Part shown: one piece after another, positions 47,776 through 57,515 of the stretch | Layout: the number at the start of each line of letters is the position of its first letter | How positions within the stretch are numbered: the first letter of the stretch is position 1 | Position numbers and translations under genes: made by a program | Origin: Gemmatimonadales bacterium | Lineage (GTDB): Bacteria; Gemmatimonadota; Gemmatimonadetes; Gemmatimonadales; GWC2-71-9 | Direction of reading: 5' to 3' | Assembly (NCBI GenBank): GCA_965249575.1 | Contig: OZ252244.1 | Location: 608,001-672,000 of the forward strand | DNA length: 64,000 nt | Notes under the pieces: model-generated | What the model saw: the letters and a program-made list of their open reading frames with translations, nothing else | Databases searched by the model: none | What the model was told of the DNA's origin: nothing

Positions 47776-48690
47776 GTGACGGTCGCCGCACAGGCAGGGG
47801 CCCCACCCTCGCTCGAGAAGCGCTACGCGATGCTCGGCGCGGCGCTGATCGCGCCGACCGTGTTGGTGTTCTGCGCGGTCATCCTCTATCCGCTCGTTTC
47901 AGCGATCTATTTGTCCCTGTTTTCCATCTACACACCGACTCTGGCCGGCGATTGGGTGGGAGCGAACAACTACACCGAGCTGTTGGCCAGCGGCCGCTTC
48001 TGGAACGCGGTTCTCAACACACTGATCTGGACGCTCGGAACTCTGACCCTACAGATCACTAGCGGCGTGGGCGTCGCGTTGCTGCTCAATCAGTCGATCG
48101 TCTTTCGCTCGCTGGCCAGGAGTTTGATCCTCTTCCCCTACTTCCTGTCCACGGTCGTGGCGGTGCTCGTCTGGCGCTGGCTGTTCAACGACCTCTATGG
48201 CATCCTGAACCACTTGGTCCTGCTGGCCGGCCTCACCGATACGCCCGTCAACTGGCTCGGACAGATGCCCAATGCCATGGTCTCGATCATTTTCGTGGGA
48301 GCCTGGAAGTATTTCCCGTTCGTGGTGATCGCTGTCCTGGCGAGACTCCAGACCATCCCGGAGCCCCTCTACGAGGCCGCCACAATCGACGGCGCAGGGC
48401 CTGTTCAGCGCTTCCTCGACATCACGCTCCCGCAGCTCCGCGACGTCCTGGTCGTGGTCATTCTCCTCCGGGCGATTTGGGACTTCAAGGAGTTCGACCT
48501 GATCTACTTGCTGACGGGGGGCGGACCCATCAACGCGACCCAAACTCTGTCACTCCTCGTTTATGAGGAAGCGTTCCGGCTGAATCGCATGGGTATGGCA
48601 TCCAGTTACGCGGTGGCCATGATGCTCGTGTTGCTCGGGTTCACGCTGCTCTACCTGCGACAGACCAACCGACCGGCTGAGGCTCAATAG
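47776..48690 (+). CDS. Carbohydrate ABC permease (MalF-like)
   Basis: LYEAATIDGA EAA motif, ITLPQL. Confidence 0.93.
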   Translation: MTVAAQAGAPPSLEKRYAMLGAALIAPTVLVFCAVILYPLVSAIYLSLFSIYTPTLAGDWVGANNYTELLASGRFWNAVLNTLIWTLGTLTLQITSGVGVALLLNQSIVFRSLARSLILFPYFLSTVVAVLVWRWLFNDLYGILNHLVLLAGLTDTPVNWLGQMPNAMVSIIFVGAWKYFPFVVIAVLARLQTIPEPLYEAATIDGAGPVQRFLDITLPQLRDVLVVVILLRAIWDFKEFDLIYLLTGGGPINATQTLSLLVYEEAFRLNRMGMASSYAVAMMLVLLGFTLLYLRQTNRPAEAQ

Positions 48691-49523
48691 TGCGGGACGG
48701 ACCGCTCCGAACGACTCTCATGAGCGTCGCCGCGTGGACGATCGTGGTAGCGGTTACGTTCCCCCTCATCTGGATGGTCCTCACCTCGGTCAAGCCGCAA
48801 ACCGAGCTGTTCCGAATCCCGCCCACCCTGGCGCCGGAAACCATCACCCTCGAGCACTACTGGCGGCTGCTGACCGAAACACCGTTCCTCACCTACTTTC
48901 GCAATTCGATGACCCTAGCCGTGACGACGACGGTGGTCGTCATCGCCCTCGGAACGCTGGGCGCGTACAGCCTGGTGCGCTTCCGGTATCGCGGTCGTGA
49001 GACACTCGCCACCCTCGTCCTGTTTACCTATCTGATGCCATCGGTCGTGTTGGTTATCCCGCTTTACCTCTTGATGGTATCGGTGGGTCTGGCCAACACG
49101 ATCGCCAGTCTCGTGATCGCCTACACGACGTTTGCGCTTCCCTACGCGCTGTGGCTGCTGCGCTCGTTCATGGCGGGGATCCCCGAGGATCTCGAGTCCG
49201 CTGCCCTCGTCGACGGCGCGGGCAGGATGGGAGCCTTTTTCGACGTCATTCTCCCACAGGCCCTCCCGGGGATCGTCTCGACGGCGTTATTTACGTTCAT
49301 CCTGTGCTGGAACGAGTACCTGTTCGCGCTGGTGCTCGTGAACTCCGATACCGTGCGACCCTTGACGACCGGCACCATGAACATGCTGATCACGGCGTTC
49401 AACATCGATTGGTCCTTGCTCATGGCGGCTTCCGTGATGATGAGCGTGCCGCTCATCATCATATTTACGTTTCTGCAGGGCACGCTCACGCGCGGATTCG
49501 GCGCGGGCGCGGTGAAGGGCTGA
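48690..49523 (+). CDS. Carbohydrate ABC permease (MalG-like)
   Basis: LESAALVDGA, WNEYLFA, GAVKG terminus. Confidence 0.93.
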   Translation: MRDGPLRTTLMSVAAWTIVVAVTFPLIWMVLTSVKPQTELFRIPPTLAPETITLEHYWRLLTETPFLTYFRNSMTLAVTTTVVVIALGTLGAYSLVRFRYRGRETLATLVLFTYLMPSVVLVIPLYLLMVSVGLANTIASLVIAYTTFALPYALWLLRSFMAGIPEDLESAALVDGAGRMGAFFDVILPQALPGIVSTALFTFILCWNEYLFALVLVNSDTVRPLTTGTMNMLITAFNIDWSLLMAASVMMSVPLIIIFTFLQGTLTRGFGAGAVKG

Positions 49524-49526
49524 CGG

Positions 49527-50648
49527 GTGGCGGGCGTCGTCTTTGAGAAAGTGCGCAAGACGTTCGGGGCCATGGTCGCGGTGGATAACCTCGACCTCAC
49601 CATTTGTGACGGCGAGTTCGTCAGCGTGCTGGGACCCTCCGGCTGCGGCAAGACGACGACGCTCCGGTTGCTGGCCGGCCTCGAGGAACCGACGGGCGGC
49701 GTCATTCGGATCGGTGAGCGCGTCGTGAACAGCGTCCCGCCCGCGCAGCGCGACATCGCCATGGTCTTTCAGTCCTATGCGCTCTATCCCCACATGACGG
49801 TCGGGCAGAACATCGGTTACCCCCTGAAGAAGCGCGGCGTGCGTGGTTCCGAGCGTTCCGACCGGGTCCGCGCCGCGGCCCGCCTCCTGGAACTGGAGAC
49901 GCTACTTGAGCGCAAACCGCGTCAGCTCTCGGGAGGGCAGCAGCAACGTGTGGCCCTCGGCCGCGCGCTGGTGCGAGAGCCGCAGGTATTCCTGCTGGAT
50001 GAACCCCTCTCCAACCTCGACGCGCGGCTCCGTGCCCACATGCGTGCCGAGCTCATCGAGCTACATCGGCGGATTGGGCGCACCATGGTGTACGTTACCC
50101 ACGACCAGCTCGAGGCGATGACCATGTCGACTCGAATCGCTGTCATGAAGACCGGGGTGCTGCAGCAGTTCGCGACCCCCGAGGAGATCTTTCATCGGCC
50201 GGGGAACGTCTTCGTCGCCGGATTCATCGGCTCTCCCGCAATGTCGATCGTCGCCGGGGACCTCATCGGCGGTAACGGTGGGCCATTCCGCGTTCGTGCC
50301 GGCGCGCTCGATGTCGCCCTGCCGGCCGGTTTACTCGACCTGAAAACCGTACCCGGGCCGGTCTCCCTCGGCGTGCGACCCGAAGACATTCGACTAGGCA
50401 GCGGGGAGCACGCGGCGGCCGTGCGGGTCGTCGAGCCGACAGGCCACGAGAGCATCGTCACCCTGGACGCCGGCGGGACACCGCTCACCGCGCGCGCGCC
50501 CGGGGATACGTCCATCGCGGCAGGTGAAAATATTCACTTCTCGTTTCGCGGCGACCGACTCCACCTGTTCGATGGAGACACCGGAACGCGGCTGAACGCG
50601 GATCGCGAAGACGAGACCCGTTCAACCACCACGGAACCAGCGGGCTAG
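49527..50648 (+). CDS. ABC ATPase (MalK-like)
   Basis: GPSGCGKT, LSGGQQQR, LLDEPLSNLD, YVTHDQ. Confidence 0.95.
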   Translation: MAGVVFEKVRKTFGAMVAVDNLDLTICDGEFVSVLGPSGCGKTTTLRLLAGLEEPTGGVIRIGERVVNSVPPAQRDIAMVFQSYALYPHMTVGQNIGYPLKKRGVRGSERSDRVRAAARLLELETLLERKPRQLSGGQQQRVALGRALVREPQVFLLDEPLSNLDARLRAHMRAELIELHRRIGRTMVYVTHDQLEAMTMSTRIAVMKTGVLQQFATPEEIFHRPGNVFVAGFIGSPAMSIVAGDLIGGNGGPFRVRAGALDVALPAGLLDLKTVPGPVSLGVRPEDIRLGSGEHAAAVRVVEPTGHESIVTLDAGGTPLTARAPGDTSIAAGENIHFSFRGDRLHLFDGDTGTRLNADREDETRSTTTEPAG

Positions 50649-50650
50649 AC

Positions 50651-51556
50651 ATGGATCGAACGAGTGTCAACTGGACCGGTCCGATGCCGGCCGTCACGAC
50701 TCCGTTTCGTGCGGACGGTGCGATCGATGAGAAGGCATTTCAACTGAACGTCGCACGGCTGCTAGGTGATGGCGCGACCGGGGTCGTGGCCGGAGGCTGC
50801 ACCGGCGAGTTTTGGGCGCTGACCCACGAGGAGCGGAAACGCCTGTACCGCCTGGCCAAAGAGGCCGTCGGCGACGCGGGAACAGTGTTCGTGGGAACCG
50901 GGGCGGTCACGGTGGATGAGACCGTGGCGCTCACTCGCGAAGCAGAGGAGAACGGCTGCGATGGAGCGCTCATCCTGCCGCCCTATTTCGTGCGGCTGAC
51001 GGACGACGAGATCTACGCGCACTATGCGGCGGTCTCGGATGCGGTCAACATCCCGATCATCCTGTACAACATCCCGGGGAACGCGGTCAACGCACTGACA
51101 CCGCCGCTGGTCGCGCGGCTGGCGGCGCTGGATCGCGTGGTGGCTATCAAGGAAAGCTCCGGCGACTGGAACAACTACTACGCCACGTTTCTGGAGGTCC
51201 GCGACCGGCTCAGGGTTTTCTGTGGCCCGTCGTCGATCTATGGGGTGCCGGCCGTCGAGCTCGGAGCCGACGGTACCATCGACTGCTTCCCGAACATGTG
51301 GACACCGGGCGCGCTGGACCTCTTTCATGCACCCCATCGCGGCGATCGGGAGAACGGAGCCCAACTGCAAGCGCTCGGTCGGAAGCTCACGGATCTCTGC
51401 ACGAGCGGCGGCCGCACGCTCTACCCTTCCACCAAGGCGGCGATGGATTTGTTGGGGTTCCCCGGCGGGGGCACTCCCCGCCCCCCCCTGCGACCGCTCA
51501 CGGGCGAGCCACTGAAGGGCCTCGAGCGCGGACTGGCCACTCTCGGAGTTTCATGA
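50651..51556 (+). CDS. DHDPS/NAL-family class I aldolase or deaminase
   Basis: TPF, GCTGEF, LYNIP, IKESSG Schiff-base Lys. Confidence 0.9.
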   Translation: MDRTSVNWTGPMPAVTTPFRADGAIDEKAFQLNVARLLGDGATGVVAGGCTGEFWALTHEERKRLYRLAKEAVGDAGTVFVGTGAVTVDETVALTREAEENGCDGALILPPYFVRLTDDEIYAHYAAVSDAVNIPIILYNIPGNAVNALTPPLVARLAALDRVVAIKESSGDWNNYYATFLEVRDRLRVFCGPSSIYGVPAVELGADGTIDCFPNMWTPGALDLFHAPHRGDRENGAQLQALGRKLTDLCTSGGRTLYPSTKAAMDLLGFPGGGTPRPPLRPLTGEPLKGLERGLATLGVS

Positions 51557-51590
51557 GATCATTACGTTCAACCTCACGAGGAGTCCAACG

Positions 51591-53027
51591 ATGAGCGCCA
51601 CGCTAGTCAAGCCGGAACACGCGCCGCAGCTCGAGCCGCGAAAGTATAAGACCAGTTTTGGCGAGTTCATCGGCATCGGCCCGAACGGCAACCTCTGGGT
51701 TGACGATTGCGACGTCGCCGAGCTCACCGACCGCTATGGCAGCCCTCTTTTCATCATGTCGGAGAACCAGCTCCGATACACTTACCGAGCGTTCCGTGAC
51801 GCGTTCCGCGCGCGCTATCCCGAGACGGAGATCCTCTTCGCTAACAAGTCCAATAACGGGCTCGCCATCCGCCACATCATGAACCAGGAAGGGGCTGGAG
51901 GGGACTGTTTCGGGATCACCGAGATGTACCTGGCCCTCCTCGCCGGAACGAATCCCAAGACACTCGTCCTGAACGGCTCGAATAAGGAAGACGAAGAGCT
52001 GGAGATGGCGATTGCCAACGGGCTGTGTATCAACATTGATGCAATGGACGAGCTCGACCGCATCGATGCGATCGCGAAACGCCTGGGCAAGGAGGCGGAT
52101 ATCGGCATCCGTCTCGCGCTCGACCTCGACCCCCTGGCCAAGCGCGAGGGTGTCGCCATGCACGGACCGGGAACACTGAAAGAGCAGAGCGATTCCACCA
52201 AGTGGGGCATGACGCGCGAGCAAACCGTAGAGATCGTGAAGCGCGCCCAGGGCATTTCGCACCTGCACCTGATGGAAATCCACTTCCACCTGAGCCGCAT
52301 GTCGAACGTCGCGGCCGATTTCGCGGTCATGGCGGGTGAGATGATCACGTGGGCCGGTTTGATCCGTGACAAAACCGGCTGGACCGCACCCACCATCGAC
52401 ATCGGCGGTGGCTGGACATTCGGCAAGTGGTACGGAACGGGCCCCAATACCCAGATCGACGGCGAAAGTGCGGCGGGCGCGGAAGACTACGCCCGGGAGT
52501 GTTCGAAAGCGATCAAGGAAGAGGCGAAGCACCTAAAGTTCCCCCTGCCGAAGCTTCGCCTAGAGCCGGGACGTGCCCTGTCGGGACCAGCGGGTGTGGC
52601 GGTCGGGACGGTCGGAGCCGTGAAGACCGGGGACAAGAAGAAGTGGGTCAATCTCGATCTCTCAACCAACCACCTGTCGTGGGCGGCCGTGCTCGACTGG
52701 TACTATCACGCGGTACCGGTCAGGAACGCTGGCGCCAAGGGAACGGAGACGGTCGACCTGGTCGGTCCGCTGTGCAACTCCGACGAGGTCGGACGCCAGC
52801 GCGAGATGCCACCGCTCAAGCGGGGCGATTACGTGGCCTTCCTCGACGCCGGGGGCTACTGCGAGTCGAGCGCCGCCCGATACAACGCGCAGCGCTTGCC
52901 GGCGACGGTCCTCGTAACCGGTGACACGGCCGAGGTGATCACCGACCGTGAAGAGTTTCGTGACGCGGCCGGCCGCTTCCGCGTGCCGCCGCATCTGCTG
53001 GCCGGCTCGTTCGCGCCCAACGGTTAG
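51591..53027 (+). CDS. LysA-like fold-III PLP-dependent decarboxylase
   Basis: YGSPLF, FANKSN, HFH, IDIGGG, LEPGRAL, VGPLC, AGGY. Confidence 0.85.
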   Translation: MSATLVKPEHAPQLEPRKYKTSFGEFIGIGPNGNLWVDDCDVAELTDRYGSPLFIMSENQLRYTYRAFRDAFRARYPETEILFANKSNNGLAIRHIMNQEGAGGDCFGITEMYLALLAGTNPKTLVLNGSNKEDEELEMAIANGLCINIDAMDELDRIDAIAKRLGKEADIGIRLALDLDPLAKREGVAMHGPGTLKEQSDSTKWGMTREQTVEIVKRAQGISHLHLMEIHFHLSRMSNVAADFAVMAGEMITWAGLIRDKTGWTAPTIDIGGGWTFGKWYGTGPNTQIDGESAAGAEDYARECSKAIKEEAKHLKFPLPKLRLEPGRALSGPAGVAVGTVGAVKTGDKKKWVNLDLSTNHLSWAAVLDWYYHAVPVRNAGAKGTETVDLVGPLCNSDEVGRQREMPPLKRGDYVAFLDAGGYCESSAARYNAQRLPATVLVTGDTAEVITDREEFRDAAGRFRVPPHLLAGSFAPNG

Positions 53028-53037
53028 GGATCGCGCG

Positions 53038-53820
53038 ATGGATATCGGAATCACGGGGCGCCGCGCCATGGTGTCGGCTGCCAGCAAGGGACTCGGGCGG
53101 GCGTGCGCGTTCTCGCTCGCTCGGGAGGGCGCCGAGGTCTGGATCACGGCGCGCACGAAGGAGCCGCTCGACGAAGCGGCGAGTGACATCGCAGCTCGAA
53201 CGGGAGGCACCGTGCACGCCGTCGCGGGCGACATCACGACGGAGGAGGGGCGAGCGGCAATCCTCGATGCCTGCCCCGCACCTGACATCCTCGTAGCCAA
53301 TCCGGGTGTGCGGCAGGTGCCGGCCGACTTCCGCACCATGGCTCGGGCGGATTGGGACCGCTGGTTGGATGCGCACTTCTACTCGTCATTGGAGCTCATG
53401 CGGGCGGTCGTCCCAGGCATGTGCGAGCGGCGCTTCGGCCGGGTCGTCAACATGTCGGTCAGCTTCATCAAGTTCCCGCAGGTGGGATTTGCCGCGAGTC
53501 ACGCAGCGCGGCTCGCTTTGAGCGGCGCCATTGCCTCCATGGTGCGGGAGCTCATTGGATACAACGTCACCATCAATACCATCTGTCCCGGACTGTTCGA
53601 CACCGATGCGCTGCACACGAACCTCCACGGCCACGCGAAGCGAGGGAACACGACGTACGAAGCGATCGTCGCAGACCGAAAAAAGAACTGCCCCGCGGGA
53701 CGGTTCGCCGATCCAGCGGAGTGCGGCGATCTGGTCGCGTACCTTTGCGCCGCACAGTCGGGCTTCATGACTGGGCAGAATATCATCAGTGACGGGGGCG
53801 TCTACCAAGGATTGTTTTGA
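53038..53820 (+). CDS. SDR family oxidoreductase
   Basis: MDIGITGRRAMVSAASKGLG, DILVAN, NVTINTICPG; atypical SHAAR in place of YxxxK. Confidence 0.88.
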   Translation: MDIGITGRRAMVSAASKGLGRACAFSLAREGAEVWITARTKEPLDEAASDIAARTGGTVHAVAGDITTEEGRAAILDACPAPDILVANPGVRQVPADFRTMARADWDRWLDAHFYSSLELMRAVVPGMCERRFGRVVNMSVSFIKFPQVGFAASHAARLALSGAIASMVRELIGYNVTINTICPGLFDTDALHTNLHGHAKRGNTTYEAIVADRKKNCPAGRFADPAECGDLVAYLCAAQSGFMTGQNIISDGGVYQGLF

Positions 53821-54539
53821 TGGACCATCCGGCAGACCGAGTCGCGATGATCTCCGGGGCCACCGGTGGCATCGGGGCGGCACTGACCCGACGCCTGCAC
53901 GAGGACGGGTTCCGGCTGTCTCTGGGAATCCGCGACACCGACAGGGCTCGTCGGGTGTTTGAGTCGATCGACACCGACCGGGTCCTGTTCCAACGCTTCG
54001 AGGCCTTGGACGGCGATTCCGCCCGCGCCTGGGTCGATGCGACCGCCGACCGCTTCGGGCGCATCGATGCCCTCATCAACAACGCGGGCGTCTTGCGCCA
54101 GATCTTCATCGACCAGGGCGAAGAAGAGCTGCTCGACGAACTCTGGTCTGTAAACGTCAAGGCGCCCTTCCGGCTCATACGGCACGCAATGCCGCATCTG
54201 TCCAAGACGGGCAGCGGCCGCATCATCAACGTTGCCTCGACGGACGCCAAGCGCTACCGGGAAGGCGTCTCCGTGGGCTACGCGATGACGAAACACGCGG
54301 TTTTGGCCCTGAGCCACGCCGCGAAATTCATGGGCTGGAAGCACGGGGTTCGCGTTACCGCCCTCTGCCCGGGAGCGGTGGACACCCCGATGATCGCCTC
54401 GATCCCGGGCGTGACACCGGTTGCCGAGCGGATCCAGCCGGACACGTTGGCTGAGATCGTCTCGTTCTTGCTGCGCCTTCCGAAGAACGCCTCGGTCGCG
54501 GAGTTGGTCGTCAACACGAGGTTGGAATCGAGCTATTGA
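53817..54539 (+). CDS. SDR family oxidoreductase
   Basis: ISGATGGIG, NNAG, YAMTK. Confidence 0.9.
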   Translation: MMDHPADRVAMISGATGGIGAALTRRLHEDGFRLSLGIRDTDRARRVFESIDTDRVLFQRFEALDGDSARAWVDATADRFGRIDALINNAGVLRQIFIDQGEEELLDELWSVNVKAPFRLIRHAMPHLSKTGSGRIINVASTDAKRYREGVSVGYAMTKHAVLALSHAAKFMGWKHGVRVTALCPGAVDTPMIASIPGVTPVAERIQPDTLAEIVSFLLRLPKNASVAELVVNTRLESSY

Positions 54540-54603
54540 CCGGCGGACCGTCGAACCGCAAAGCCGAGGCCGCTGGGGCGCTCCCTCACCTCATAGCACG
54601 CAG

Positions 54604-55925
54604 CTACGGCTCCAGGTCGAGCCGTCCGTTCCGGTAATCGAGCAGAAGACGCCGGCCGCGCATAACGTTCGAGCCGAGCTGCCCATCCGGCTTCCAGATT
54701 ACGGCCGACTTTACTCCGCCAGAAGTGGAGACTGCTCGAACTGTAGAATGTGTTGATCGACGAAGAGCGTCACGTCACGCACGCGTTGTCGCGTCACGGC
54801 CTCCCTGCCCCCCGCCCCTAGCGTGACGGCTCTTCTAGTCTCGGCCGGTCCGGCGTCGATCTTCGTGAGCGCCCGCACCCGGATGTGGGTTCCGGCGGCA
54901 CCCGTATCGAGGCCGAAGTTGAGCCGCCGTCCAGCCGCGTCCCGCAAAATGACCAGCGGATATCCCAACCAGAAGAAATTCCGCTCCCCGGCATCAAGGA
55001 TCCCCGCGCGGGTGATCGTCGTCCAGCCGCCGCTGTAGTCGATGTCAAAAGCAGCGTTTCGGAACAACGACCACCCGATGATGCCGTCGATCTTGATGAG
55101 CGGCACCCCCGCGAGGCCGAATTTCAAGTCCTCCTCGTCGAGTATGACCACCGGATGGTGCTTGACCTTGAGGCCACCAAGCTGCAGGTCGTCCACGATG
55201 CCCAGCCGAAACGCGACCGGCTCGCTGACCGAGGTGACCGCGTAACCGATGTCCCCGAGCGGCTTGACTCCGCACGATCGAGCCACGTGATCGCCGATGA
55301 CGCTCAGGCTGGCCCCAGTATCCAGCACGAACCGCCGCCTACAGCCGTTCACCACGACGTCGATGCGGGGGCTGCCGCTCAGGATGCGGTCGGTTCGCAC
55401 GCGAACGGGGCGATCCGGAAACGACAGTTCCTCTGCTGGGCGGCCACGCAATGCGTGGGCGAGCACGAGATCGGCTTCCTCGAGTACCCCGCCCGACGCG
55501 AGATCCGGCTCGGCGGCGGCCAGTGTCAGAAGACCCTCCCAGTCCCCAACGAACACCATGATCTGCCCGAGCATGCGGCCCGCCGTTTCTCGAATCCTCT
55601 CGTCATCGGTCGCCGCCCTCAAACGGGCCAAGCGCTCGCGCGCAACGGCGAGATCCGCCTCGAGCGTCGACGTCACGGCATCGAGAAACGCCCGCTCATC
55701 GGCGCTCGTTGCCAGATCCCTCGCCGCAGCGACCTCCAGATCCTCTAGAGCCTCCCAGAATTCGGTGTACCGCATTCCGGTTACCGGAACGGCCTCGGCC
55801 GCCGACACCTCGACCTGTCCCGCTTGCGAGACAATTCGTCCCAGGATGGCCCGGCCACCGAACACGAGCAACCCGATGGCGACGGCCACGATGCTGGTGT
55901 TCTGAACCTTTCGGGAAAGTGACAT
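54604..55925 (-). pseudogene. Double-domain retropepsin-like aspartyl protease with frameshift at ~54731
   Basis: Two LDTGA motifs; second DGQLG...LLLDYRNGRLDL tail lies in another frame ending in TAG at 54604-54606. Confidence 0.85.
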
Positions 55926-56110
55926 GACGTCCCCTTGTCGAAAAACGAAGGCGACTTCAGTCACCCTACGGGACGCCCGGCCGTGGGTTTCGTCTACTCC
56001 AAAGCGTCCGCACCTTCCGCGTCCAGCACCGAGCCGAGCCCGATCCTTCCTGGACGTGAGAATCCCATCCCGCCTCGTCACGGAACGCCCCATCGCGTGC
56101 CCGTGGCGCC

Positions 56111-56908
56111 CTAGTTGCTGAGCTCTTCCGAGCGAATACGCGCGCGCCGGACTGCCTCCTTGAAAGTGTCCACCCAACCTTTTTCCTCGAGATACGTAAC
56201 CGCGGCGTGCGTCGTTCCGCCGTGCGAAGTGACGCGCCTCCTCAACTCGGCGGGATCGGCCGGGTCATGTTGCAGAAGCTGTGCGGCCCCGATGAACGTC
56301 TGATACACGAGGACGTACGCCTGTTCCCGCCGCAGGCCTTCCCGCTGCGCCGCATCGATCAACGCCTCAGCTAGATAGAAGAGGTACGCTGGTCCGGTTC
56401 CACTCACGGCAGTGACTGCGTCGAGCTGGCGCTCGTCCACGATGACCACCTTTCCGACCGTCGAAAGGATGTTCAAGGCTCGGGCTAGGTGTTCGTCGCT
56501 CGCGTACTGCCCTCGGGCAATTGCGGTCGCTCCCAAACCAATCGCCGCCGGCATGTTGGGCATCGAGCGAATAACCGGGGGCTTGCCGAGCGCCTGTTCG
56601 AACGTCGAGATGCGCACGCCGGCACAGATCGAAACAGCGAGCTGCGCGTTTTTGTAGGCGGGTGCCACCTGCTTCAGGGTTGTCCGGATGTCCTGCGGCT
56701 TGACGGCGAATAGGACCGTCTCAGCCGCCTCGACAGCCTCGGCCGCCGTTTCCGTGGTGGGCACGTTCAGGCCGTCACTCAAGAAGTATCGGCGTGCCCT
56801 GTTCGCTTCCGCCACGACGAGGTCGTCACGGTTCCAGCCGGAGTCGAGCAGACCTTCGGCCAGCGCTCCACCCATGAACCCACCGCCAATGATCGCGAGA
56901 CGCTTCAT
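56111..56908 (-). CDS. proC: Pyrroline-5-carboxylate reductase
   Basis: IIGGGFMG, AVKPQ, RSMPN, TAVSGTGPAY, VTSHGGTT. Confidence 0.95.
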   Translation of the reverse strand: MKRLAIIGGGFMGGALAEGLLDSGWNRDDLVVAEANRARRYFLSDGLNVPTTETAAEAVEAAETVLFAVKPQDIRTTLKQVAPAYKNAQLAVSICAGVRISTFEQALGKPPVIRSMPNMPAAIGLGATAIARGQYASDEHLARALNILSTVGKVVIVDERQLDAVTAVSGTGPAYLFYLAEALIDAAQREGLRREQAYVLVYQTFIGAAQLLQHDPADPAELRRRVTSHGGTTHAAVTYLEEKGWVDTFKEAVRRARIRSEELSN

Positions 56909-56985
56909 GCTGTAGCCCCCGTCCGGAGCGGGATTCGTTGAACCGCTGCGACCTACGTCGATCCGTGAGCCGCAGTGCGGCGCCT

Positions 56986-57221
56986 CTACACGAGGAGGAT
57001 CGTATACACGGCTATGGCACCCCAGATTATGTTCACGAAAGTCGACGGGTAGGCGCCGTAAAACACGGTGTTCGCAACGAGGCAGATGCCCCGAGCAGAT
57101 TGAGAGTCTGGTACGGGTAGGTGTCGCCCCGGACCCCACGGGTCGACACGAGCAAGTATCCCGTGAGAACGGCGATCGCTCCGATCCACCCGAGAACATC
57201 GACGAGGAGGCTTGTGGTCAT
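56986..57221 (-). pseudogene. Small CBU_0592-like membrane protein with frameshift
   Basis: LGWIGA..L.GY.L...YQTLNLLG / GICLVANT..GAYPS..VN.IW joined by adding one G to the G4 run at 57089-57092. Confidence 0.7.
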
Positions 57222-57515
57222 GGCGTGTAGAGTTGAGGAGAGTACCGGAGTAGCCGCGCGGTGCGGCACGCCGATCACAACGAAGCGGCGCCAGCGGTCA
57301 ACTTAGGGAGCAGATCGAGCCCGAGCCAGTGCCACCCGGCTCCCGTCCAAGCACGGATCCCCGTCTGTTACTCTCGGCTGAGCTGACGGCCCTGACTCCC
57401 ACCATCTGAAGATCGTTGCCTGGACGCAGGGGTGGCGAGCACCGTGCCTTCGAGAGCGTTCGAGTCCACTGAGCGGACCGACACCGGCCCTCGCCCCCCT
57501 CGCTCCGAGGTATTC

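Noticed and set aside
50651..53027. dapA-lysA lysine biosynthesis pair
   Set aside because: Both have non-canonical motifs and sit in an uptake operon with no other dap genes.
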